Assembly: GCA_027064305.1 (NCBI GenBank)
Contig: JAMOPY010000012.1
Location: 1-32,982, forward strand
DNA length: 32,982 bases
DNA from: Methanobacteriota archaeon
Lineage (GTDB): Archaea > JAADCQ01 > Methanopyri > Methanopyrales > Methanopyraceae
Direction of reading: 5' to 3'
A program made the translations under genes and the position numbers. This document shows, piece by piece, positions 16,954 through 24,276 of this stretch (the first letter of the stretch is position 1; every line of letters begins with the position of its first letter). The notes under the pieces are model-generated. The model saw only the letters and a list, made by a program, of their open reading frames with translations. It was not told the origin of the DNA and ran no database searches.

Positions 16954-17015
16954 GCCGGATGAGGAGACAGCCGGGACCCCGAGTCGGGATGCGGAGTGTG
17001 GCCGTAGCCGACGGC
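16954..17015 (+). ncRNA. C/D box sRNA no. 5
   Basis: C ATGAGGA 16959-65; guide GACAGCCGGGACC; D' CCGA 16979-82; C' ATGCGGA 16989-95; guide GTGTGGCCGTAG; D CCGA 17008-11; terminal stem GCCG/CGGC. Fills the gap between the convergent radA and rnz. Confidence 0.8.
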
Positions 17016-17857
17016 TACCTCCGCAGCCTCACCCTCATTCCCTCGGCGGCCACGAGCGCGTTCGGGAACACCTCCCGGGCCCGCCGGAGCGCCTCCGCCT
17101 CCTCCACCTTCGGGGACAGGTGCGTGAGCAGCAGGAGCGTCACCCCGGCCTCCCGGGCGACCTCCGCGGCCTCCCGGGGCGTCGAGTGACGGTACCGGCG
17201 GGCCTCCTCCGGGTCCAGGAAGCAGGCCTCGTGCACCAGGACCTGACAGCCCCGCACGGCCTCCGGGTCCGCGGGCCGCCCATCCCCGGTGACGTAGACC
17301 GAGAGCCGGCCCGGCCGGGTGATCGAGTAGGGCCTCCTCCCCTCCAGCAGCACCCGGCGGCGCTCCTCCGGGGGCACCTCCTCGATCAGCTCCGGGTCGG
17401 CCCGGCCCGGGATCCTGGGGGTCTCGAGCCGGTAGCTGACGGTGGGCACCGCGTGCCGCGACTCGTGCACGCGTACGGTGAGCTCCCCCACCTTCAGCCG
17501 GTCCCCCGGCTCGACCTCCCGGTACTCCACCTGGTCCAGCCCGGACACGTCCACGGCCTCCTCCCCGGTCACCGGAGGGCCGTACACGCGCACCCGGCGA
17601 CCGTGCAGCATGTCCAGCGTGGTGACGAGCGGTGGGATTCCGGCAACGTGATCGGTGTGATGGTGCGTCACCAGCACGGCGTCCAGGTCGTGCAGCGACT
17701 CGCCGTACCGGAGCGCCCGGCGCTGCACTCCCTCCCCGCAGTCGATCAGCAGCTTGGTATCCCCGTACCGGACCAGCAGACCCGGGTGACCGCGGTCCCG
17801 GGAGACGACCGCGCCCCCGGTGCCCAGGAAGAGGAGCTCCAGGGTCCGGGCCGTCAT
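17015..17857 (-). CDS. rnz: Ribonuclease Z (tRNase Z, metallo-beta-lactamase fold)
   Basis: ATG 17857: FLGTGG, LIDCGEG, THHHTDH, H-AVP, VTGD, LVHEAC, HST, LLTHLS. The ORF-track extension to 18052 overlaps the upstream gene. Confidence 0.9.
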   Translation of the reverse strand: MTARTLELLFLGTGGAVVSRDRGHPGLLVRYGDTKLLIDCGEGVQRRALRYGESLHDLDAVLVTHHHTDHVAGIPPLVTTLDMLHGRRVRVYGPPVTGEEAVDVSGLDQVEYREVEPGDRLKVGELTVRVHESRHAVPTVSYRLETPRIPGRADPELIEEVPPEERRRVLLEGRRPYSITRPGRLSVYVTGDGRPADPEAVRGCQVLVHEACFLDPEEARRYRHSTPREAAEVAREAGVTLLLLTHLSPKVEEAEALRRAREVFPNALVAAEGMRVRLRR

Positions 17858-19293
17858 CGCGCCACCTCCCGGGCCGCCCGCTCGAGGGCGCTCACGCCCT
17901 CCCTCAGGAAGTCCAGCAGGTCGTCCACCCGACGGAGCCTGCGGCGCCCCAGGCACTTGGACATCTCGTGAATAATCTCCTTGACGTCCCGCCGGGAGAT
18001 CCCGCGGCCCTGGTGCACGAACGCGTGCCGTAGCCTGCGGAGCTTGGAGCACGAGAGGGCCCTCAGCCGCTCCATGAGCGGCCCGAACACCGACTCGTCC
18101 ACCCGGCGGAGTCGGATCGCGGCGGCGGTCACCCGGGAGGAGAGGTGGAGGAACGTGAGCACGGCCCGACCGCGGCCCTCCTCACCGTGCAGCTCTCGAA
18201 GGATCCGTGACGGGTCCTCCTCGTCCCGGAGGGACTCCTCCAGGAGCTCACCGTCGCCCTCCAGCAGCCGCGCCATGCGCCGCGCCAGGTGCTCCGGGTC
18301 CGTGCTCTCGACGGGTTCCCCCGTGAGGGCGCAGTGCAGCAGCGCGTAGGTGGCCTGGGCGTAGTTCTCGTGGAACATGGTCATCCGGAGGATGAAGTCC
18401 CCGTACTCGCCCCGGACCCACTGGTACCGGGCGTTGTCGAGGATCACCCGCATGTGGTGGAGGATGCGGGCCATCGGGTCCTCGCAGGTCCGCTCCAGCC
18501 GCCGGAGCCGGCGGCGGGCGTCGTGTCGCAGCCGCTCCGACCGGGCGGATCGTATGACGCCCCGGTACAGCTCCAGAGCCTCGTCGTAGTTGAAGTTGAG
18601 CTCGCAGTCGCGGGCCCGGAGGTACTCAGGCTCGGTCGGGTCGTCGTACGCCGAGAACTGCTCGGCAACGTTGGCGGCGACCTCGAAGAGCCCGTGCCTC
18701 GTCAGGAAACCCTTCATAACCTTGGCCGGAAGGATCAGTGGCGAGGGTTCGGTCCGCACCCGTCGGCCCTCGACCCGCACCGCGTGGAACTCCCGCCAAA
18801 GGGAGGCGCCCAGGAGGCGGACGGCCCATTCGAGGTAGGTGTCGGTGTCCAGGACCGCGTAAACTTCGCTCTCGCGGAGCTCGGGCCGCTCCTTGAGGCT
18901 CCTGAGCACCGACTCCACGTCGTGGAAGACGCTGAAGTCGTGGGGATCGCCCTGGATGATGATGGGGTCCTCCACGCGCAGGTTCCTGACCCTGCGCGCG
19001 TACTCGGCGAGGAGTCGGGCGCAGTACTCAGTGTCCTCGGGGTGGTGACCGCTCCGGTGCCCGAGCCGCCGGTAGCCGAGGGGAATGAGCAGGACGCGGT
19101 CCTCGCGGTGCCCCTCCTCCTCGGTGATGAAGCTCAGGACCACGTCCGGGCGCTCCGAGAGGAACTCCTCAGGGTCGGCCTCTCCCGACGTCACCCGATC
19201 GAGGGCCCGGCGCGCGGCCCGGTACAGGTCATCGGCGTCCAGGCTCACGTCTCGGGGCTTGACCACGTAAAGCAGGGTGGCGCTGCACCGCAA
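17854..19293 (-). CDS. Csm6-like CARF-HEPN ribonuclease (stand-alone)
   Basis: Probable TTG start 19293 (479 aa). N-terminal Rossmann-like CARF pattern (LLYVVKPRD...RVLLI...EDTEYCARLL...GDPHDF...VYAVL), helical middle (LNFNYDEA, GEYGDFILR..FHE), C-terminal HEPN RxxxxH motif RHAFVH (18013-18030) followed by GRGISRRDV. Assigned by motif recognition only. Confidence 0.65.
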   Translation of the reverse strand: MRCSATLLYVVKPRDVSLDADDLYRAARRALDRVTSGEADPEEFLSERPDVVLSFITEEEGHREDRVLLIPLGYRRLGHRSGHHPEDTEYCARLLAEYARRVRNLRVEDPIIIQGDPHDFSVFHDVESVLRSLKERPELRESEVYAVLDTDTYLEWAVRLLGASLWREFHAVRVEGRRVRTEPSPLILPAKVMKGFLTRHGLFEVAANVAEQFSAYDDPTEPEYLRARDCELNFNYDEALELYRGVIRSARSERLRHDARRRLRRLERTCEDPMARILHHMRVILDNARYQWVRGEYGDFILRMTMFHENYAQATYALLHCALTGEPVESTDPEHLARRMARLLEGDGELLEESLRDEEDPSRILRELHGEEGRGRAVLTFLHLSSRVTAAAIRLRRVDESVFGPLMERLRALSCSKLRRLRHAFVHQGRGISRRDVKEIIHEMSKCLGRRRLRRVDDLLDFLREGVSALERAAREVAR

Positions 19294-19338
19294 CCTGCGA
19301 TCCCGACTCCCCCAGCGGTCGGGTCGGGGTGACGGGGT

Positions 19339-22074
19339 TTGGCGGAGGGATTCGAGGCGCTGCCCGAGGACGTTCGCGAGATCGTGTACTCGCGGTTTGA
19401 GGAGCCCACGCCCCCGCAGCGGGTCGCGATCCCGGAGATCATGAAGGGTAAAAATGTGCTGGTGATCGCCCCCACGAGCTCCGGGAAGACGGAGACGGCC
19501 GTGCTCCCCGTCTTCTCGATGGTCCGGGAGCTGGACGAGCCGGGGATCAAGGCGCTGTACATCACCCCGCTCCGGGCCTTGAACCGGGACATCCTCCGTC
19601 GGATTAAGTGGTGGGGCGAGAAGCTGGGGCTGGAGGTCGCGGTACGGCACGGGGACACGCCCGAGAGCGAGCGGCGGAGGCAGGCGGAGGACCCGCCCGA
19701 CGTGCTCATCACCACCCCGGAGACGCTGCAGGCCATCCTGCCCGGCAAGCGCATGCGGGAGCACCTCTCGCACGTGCGGCACGTGATCGTGGACGAGGTG
19801 AACGAGCTCGCCCTGGACAAGCGGGGCGTGCAGCTGACGCTCGGGCTGGAGCGGCTCGCCGAGGTGGCGGGGGACTTCCAGCGTATCGGCCTCTCCGCGG
19901 CGGTGGGATCGCCGGAGCGCGTGGGCCGGTTCCTGGCGGGCGATCGGGACGTGGAGGTGCTGGAGATCGAGGCCGAGCGGTACCTGGACGTGTCCGTGGC
20001 GCACCCGACGGGGCCGCACGAGGTCAAGGAGCGGCTGGAGCTGATCCGGGACCTCGCCCGGGAGCGGGAGTCGGTGCTCGTGTTCACGAACACCCGGCAG
20101 ATGGCGGAGCTGCTGGCCACCCGGCTGAAGACGGAGTTCGACGATCTCGAGGTGGAGATCCACCACAGCTCGATCTCCCGGGACCGACGGACCGAGGTGG
20201 AGCGGCGGTTCAAGGAGGGCGAGCTGGACGTGCTCGTGTGCACGAGCTCGCTGGAGCTGGGCATCGACATCGGCCACGTGGACCTGGTGATTCAGTACGG
20301 CTCGCCCCGCCAGGTGACGCGCCTCGTGCAGCGGGTGGGGCGCGCGGGTCGGCGGCGCCGGCGGGCGGAGGGGCTCGTGATCACGGGCAACCCGGACGAC
20401 CTCATGGAGGCGGCCGTGATCTGCCGGCGGGCGGTCCTGGGCGAGCTGGAGCCCACGGAGATCCCGGAGCGCTGCCTCGACGTGCTGGCGCACCAGCTCG
20501 TGGGGCTCTGCCTGGACGGGCACGAGGTGACGCTCGATTACGCGCTCCGGGTCTTCCGGCGGGCTTACCCGTACCGGCACCTGGACGAGGACACGCTCCG
20601 GGAGGTGGCCGAGTTCCTCGACGAGATCGAGGTGATCCGGCTGCGCGGGGACCGCGTGTACCGGACGCGGGACGCCTGGCGGTACTACTACGCGAACCTC
20701 AGCATGATCCCGGACGAGCGGCACTACCGGGTGGTGACGGAGAAGGGTGGGCACGTGAGCGTGCTCGACGAGCCGTTCGTGCTGGAGTACCTCAAGCCCG
20801 GGGTCAAGTTCATCTGCGCGGGCCGGCCTTGGATCGTGCAGGACGTGGACCACGACCGGTACGAGGTGGTGGTCACGCCCGCGGAGGCCGTGGAGGGGGC
20901 GATCCCCTCCTGGGTGGGCGAGGAGATCCCGGTCCCCTACGAGGTCGCCCGGGAGGTGGGCGAGAGGGTCCGCCGGGTGGCGGAGCGGCTCGAGGAGGAG
21001 GGGTTCACCGGGGCGGTGGAGGAGGCGTCGGAGGCCTTCGGACTCGAGCGCCGGGAGGCCAAGGTGGTGGCCGATCTCGTGCGACGGCAGCGGGAGGTCT
21101 CGGAGGTCCCGCTCCCGGGCCGGCCCGTCATCGAGGACCTGGGCGGAACGCTGGTGGTCCACGTGTACGGGGGCACGCGGGCGAACAAGACGCTGGAGAA
21201 GGTCTTGGGCGCGCTCCTCTCGGGCCGGACGGGCTCAGCCGTGCGGACGTACTCCACCCCGTACAAGATCGTTCTCTCGGCGGACAAGGCGGCGGGGCTC
21301 GACGCCGAGCTCCTGCGGGAGTGCCTGGAGAACCTGCCCGACTCGGAGAGCGACTTCCGGGCGCTGACCCTGAGGATCGTGGAGAAGTCCGAGGTGTTCA
21401 AGCGCCGGCTCGTTCACGTGCTGAAGCGGTTCGGCGCGATCGAGCCCGACGCGGACTACCGGGACGTCTCCCCGCGCCGGCTGCTCAAGGCGTTCAAGGG
21501 CACCCCGCCGTACTACGAGACCGTGAGCGAGGTCGAGCGGGAGGTTGACGCGTCGCGGGCCCACGAGCTCGCCAGGGAGCTGCGGGACCGGGCCGTGATC
21601 GTGAGGTCCAAGGCCCCGTCACCGTTCGCCGAGCACGCCCTGGAGGGGCTGGGCGAGGTCGGTCGCGTCTCCTCCGGGCTGCTGGCGGCCCAGATCGAGA
21701 CGCTCAAGCGGGACCTCCGACGGCGCCGGCTGTGGTTCGCCTGCCCGAACTGCGGCTGGAAGGGGCGGCGAAGCGTGAAGCGGGCCGCGGAGGAGGGGAT
21801 TGAGTGCCCGGAGTGCGGGGCCAGCTACCTGGTCGCCGCTAAGTCGAAGGAGAAGCTGCGGGAGCTGCTGGAAAGGGAGGGGTGGCGCCGGGTCGCCGAC
21901 CTGATCGAGTCGTACGGGGAAAAGGCCCTGGAGGCGCTCGCCGCCCCCGGGATCGGACCCAAGACGGCCGCCCGCGTGCTCTCCCGCACGAACGGTCGGG
22001 AGCCGGAGTTCTACCGGGAGCTGCTGAAGGAGCGCCTGAAGTACCTCAGAACCCGGAGGTTCTGGGACTCCTAA
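19339..22074 (+). CDS. lhr: Lhr-family SF2 helicase with C-terminal Zn ribbon
   Basis: PTPPQ, APTSSGKT, YITPLRALNRD, TTPETL, DEVN, GLSAA, CTSSLELGIDIG, QRVGRAG, SMIPD, IPSWVGE, CPNC..CPEC, GIGPKTA. Confidence 0.95.
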   Translation: MAEGFEALPEDVREIVYSRFEEPTPPQRVAIPEIMKGKNVLVIAPTSSGKTETAVLPVFSMVRELDEPGIKALYITPLRALNRDILRRIKWWGEKLGLEVAVRHGDTPESERRRQAEDPPDVLITTPETLQAILPGKRMREHLSHVRHVIVDEVNELALDKRGVQLTLGLERLAEVAGDFQRIGLSAAVGSPERVGRFLAGDRDVEVLEIEAERYLDVSVAHPTGPHEVKERLELIRDLARERESVLVFTNTRQMAELLATRLKTEFDDLEVEIHHSSISRDRRTEVERRFKEGELDVLVCTSSLELGIDIGHVDLVIQYGSPRQVTRLVQRVGRAGRRRRRAEGLVITGNPDDLMEAAVICRRAVLGELEPTEIPERCLDVLAHQLVGLCLDGHEVTLDYALRVFRRAYPYRHLDEDTLREVAEFLDEIEVIRLRGDRVYRTRDAWRYYYANLSMIPDERHYRVVTEKGGHVSVLDEPFVLEYLKPGVKFICAGRPWIVQDVDHDRYEVVVTPAEAVEGAIPSWVGEEIPVPYEVAREVGERVRRVAERLEEEGFTGAVEEASEAFGLERREAKVVADLVRRQREVSEVPLPGRPVIEDLGGTLVVHVYGGTRANKTLEKVLGALLSGRTGSAVRTYSTPYKIVLSADKAAGLDAELLRECLENLPDSESDFRALTLRIVEKSEVFKRRLVHVLKRFGAIEPDADYRDVSPRRLLKAFKGTPPYYETVSEVEREVDASRAHELARELRDRAVIVRSKAPSPFAEHALEGLGEVGRVSSGLLAAQIETLKRDLRRRRLWFACPNCGWKGRRSVKRAAEEGIECPECGASYLVAAKSKEKLRELLEREGWRRVADLIESYGEKALEALAAPGIGPKTAARVLSRTNGREPEFYRELLKERLKYLRTRRFWDS

Positions 22075-23042
22075 GGGATCGGGATCACCGCCAGGCCCAG
22101 GTAGGCCAGCACCAGGAGGAGCAGTCCGAACCCGCCGATCACGGTGCCGGTGAACGGGATGGGTAGACCGAGGGGCGGGGCGGGCCCGTCCCCCGGGCCC
22201 ACCCGGGGCGCGGATTGAGTCACCCGATCCCCCTCCAGACCGCGGCGGGCTTCGACGGTTCGAACCCCCGGCGTCGACAGGAAGGGGTGCCGGACGGCGA
22301 CCACCACCGGGTACCCCTGCAGGGCCAGCTCCCACAGCCGTCGGGCGAAGGACCGGAGGGCGTCGTCCGGGAGCCCGGTCAGCGTCACCACCACGAGCCG
22401 GCGGTCGGACCGGGAGGCGGCCACGTAGAGCAGCGGGTTGATGAAGGGGCTCACGGCCTCGTACAACCGGTTCACCGCGTCCACCGGCCCGAAGAACTCG
22501 AGCAGCTCGCCGTACAGGTTGTCCACGAGCGCCGACAGGGGGACCACCAGCAGCCTCCCCACCTCCCGGCTGGACTCGTCGTCGATCACCAGGTACCGCC
22601 TCCCGTCCCGCTCCACGGCCCCGAGGACGAGCACCGTGTGGTAGTCCGACGGGGTGTTCAGCAGCGACACGATCTTGACGTCGAACACCTTGGACAGGGC
22701 CCCGCTCGAGAGGCACCGGAACGCCTCCAGCACGCCCGCGCTGTCGTCCTCCACCTCCGAGCCGGCGGACCGGAGCTCGTACTGCAGCGGGGTCACGGGC
22801 GGGCCCGACCACCAACCCATGGCCACGCCCAGGTTGTACAGGTCGATCGCGCACGCCTCCCCGCACCAGATCGTGTCGGCCCGCCCGTCCCCGTCGACGT
22901 CCTTCCCCAGCGGCCCGTTGAACGCGTCGTACTTGGGGTTCAGGTAGTAGTGCCCCGGGGCGAGGCCACCCACGTCCTCGCCCGCGCCCGGGGCCGGCAG
23001 CGGGAGCAGGCACAGGAGGGCGAGCGCGAGGATCGTGGGCAT
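22071..23042 (-). CDS. Secreted, C-terminally membrane-anchored protein with putative papain-like (C39-like) Cys-His-Asp triad
   Basis: ATG 23042 (or GTG 23045) overlapping the cbiT stop; signal peptide MPTILALALLCLLPLPAPG; DVDGDGRAD; WCGEAC; YHTVLVLG; YLVIDD; Pro-rich linker; C-terminal TM segment. Confidence 0.65.
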   Translation of the reverse strand: MPTILALALLCLLPLPAPGAGEDVGGLAPGHYYLNPKYDAFNGPLGKDVDGDGRADTIWCGEACAIDLYNLGVAMGWWSGPPVTPLQYELRSAGSEVEDDSAGVLEAFRCLSSGALSKVFDVKIVSLLNTPSDYHTVLVLGAVERDGRRYLVIDDESSREVGRLLVVPLSALVDNLYGELLEFFGPVDAVNRLYEAVSPFINPLLYVAASRSDRRLVVVTLTGLPDDALRSFARRLWELALQGYPVVVAVRHPFLSTPGVRTVEARRGLEGDRVTQSAPRVGPGDGPAPPLGLPIPFTGTVIGGFGLLLLVLAYLGLAVIPIP

Positions 23043-23614
23043 CACCGCTCCCCTCGGCGCGTGAAGAGGGCCAGGAACAGCGTCCGCATGCCGGAGAACA
23101 GGGTGCCCCGGGTGACGCGCCGGCCCTCCCCCCAGACCAGGCACAGGGAGTCCACCCTCCAGCCGCGCAGGCGCTCCGAGGCCCGGGCGAACGTCTCGGG
23201 CAGCACCGAGTTGAGCAGGATCCGGTCCCGGACTCGGGTGCGCAGGTCCTCGAGCAGCTCCCCCAGCCGGTCCGAGCCCGAGACGAGCGCGGCGTCCACC
23301 TCGCCGACGTCCTCGAGCGCGTCCGGCGCCTCGCCCTCGATCACCCGAACCCGGTCCAGCGCGCAGAAGTTCCGCAGGTTGGACCGCAGCGAGCGCAGCG
23401 CCCGCTCGTCCCGCTCGACCGCGATCACCTCTCCCCAGGGTCCCACGCACTTCGCCAGCTCCAGCGTGATCGACCCGGAGCCCGCGCCCACCTCCAGAAC
23501 CCGCTCCCCGGGCCGCGGCCGCAGCATGGATATTATCACCGACTTGGCCGGCGGCTTCGTGGGACCGGGCACGCCCTCGGTGGACAACCGCTCGGGGTCG
23601 ATGGGGTTGAGCAC
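23042..23614 (-). CDS. cbiT: Cobalt-precorrin-6B C15-methyltransferase (decarboxylating)
   Basis: PGPTK, VLEVGAGSGSIT, VIAVER, VIEGEAP. Start is GTG 23614 or 23626. Confidence 0.9.
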   Translation of the reverse strand: MLNPIDPERLSTEGVPGPTKPPAKSVIISMLRPRPGERVLEVGAGSGSITLELAKCVGPWGEVIAVERDERALRSLRSNLRNFCALDRVRVIEGEAPDALEDVGEVDAALVSGSDRLGELLEDLRTRVRDRILLNSVLPETFARASERLRGWRVDSLCLVWGEGRRVTRGTLFSGMRTLFLALFTRRGER

Positions 23615-24275
23615 GGACCCACCCACCCTCTACGGGGTGGGGCTGGGACCCGGCGACCCGGAACTGGTCACCCGGCGGGCGGAGGAGGTGATCCGCAGCG
23701 TCCCCGTGGTGATGGTCCCGTTCGTGGGGGCCTCAAGCCGGGCGGCGAGGGTGGTCCGGGAGCTGGACCCGGAGGCGGTGATCGTCGGGTATCCGGCCCC
23801 GATGACGCGGGACGAGCGGGAGCGCGAAAAAGCTTACCGGGAGGCGGCCAGGATCGCCGAGGAGCTGCTCGAGGAGCACGGAAGGGTGGCCGTCTGCAAC
23901 CTGGGCGACATCACGCTGTACTCCACCTTCTGGCACCTCGTGGACCGGCTGCGGCTGGACGTCCGGGTGAGTCTGGTGCCGGGGGTCCCGGCCGGACTGC
24001 TCTGCGCGGCCCGGGTGGAGCGACCGCTGGTCATGGGGGACGAGCGGCTGCTCGTGTGCACCCGGGAGCCCCCCGAGCGGTTGCTGGACGGGGTGGGCGC
24101 GGTCATCCTGTACAAGCCGACCGAGCGCGGGATCCGGCTGCTTCTGGAGCGCGGGTTCCGGGTGTATCTGTGCCGGAGCCTGGGCTTCCCCGAGGAGGAG
24201 GTGAGGCGGGTTCGGGAGCCGGAGCGCCCCGGGTACCTGTGCACCGTGATCGCGCTCCGGGAGGGGGAGGGGTAA
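23601..24275 (+). CDS. cbiL: Cobalt-precorrin-2/factor II C20-methyltransferase
   Basis: LYGVGLGPGDPELVT, PMTRD, LGDITLYSTF, LVPGV. Start is ATG 23601 or TTG 23607; the ORF-track start at 22215 is spurious. Confidence 0.9.
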   Translation: MGLSTDPPTLYGVGLGPGDPELVTRRAEEVIRSVPVVMVPFVGASSRAARVVRELDPEAVIVGYPAPMTRDEREREKAYREAARIAEELLEEHGRVAVCNLGDITLYSTFWHLVDRLRLDVRVSLVPGVPAGLLCAARVERPLVMGDERLLVCTREPPERLLDGVGAVILYKPTERGIRLLLERGFRVYLCRSLGFPEEEVRRVREPERPGYLCTVIALREGEG

Positions 24276-24276
24276 C

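Noticed and set aside
17004-17018. Palindrome GTAGCCG-A-CGGCTAC as a terminator or operator
   Set aside because: It overlaps the sRNA D box and the rnz stop, has a 1-nt loop and no T-tract; cannot be distinguished from chance.
19294-21162. N-terminal 623 aa of the 1102-aa minus-strand ORF
   Set aside because: Antisense shadow of lhr in GC-rich DNA; only 17854-19293 looks like a real protein.
23046-23450. N-terminal extension of the 459-aa ORF
   Set aside because: An alternate frame of cbiT with G/R/A/P-rich composition; the signal peptide begins at 23042.
22215-23600. Apparent 686-aa CbiL fusion
   Set aside because: The upstream part is the antisense of cbiT and the surface-protein gene; CbiL homology starts at about 23601.
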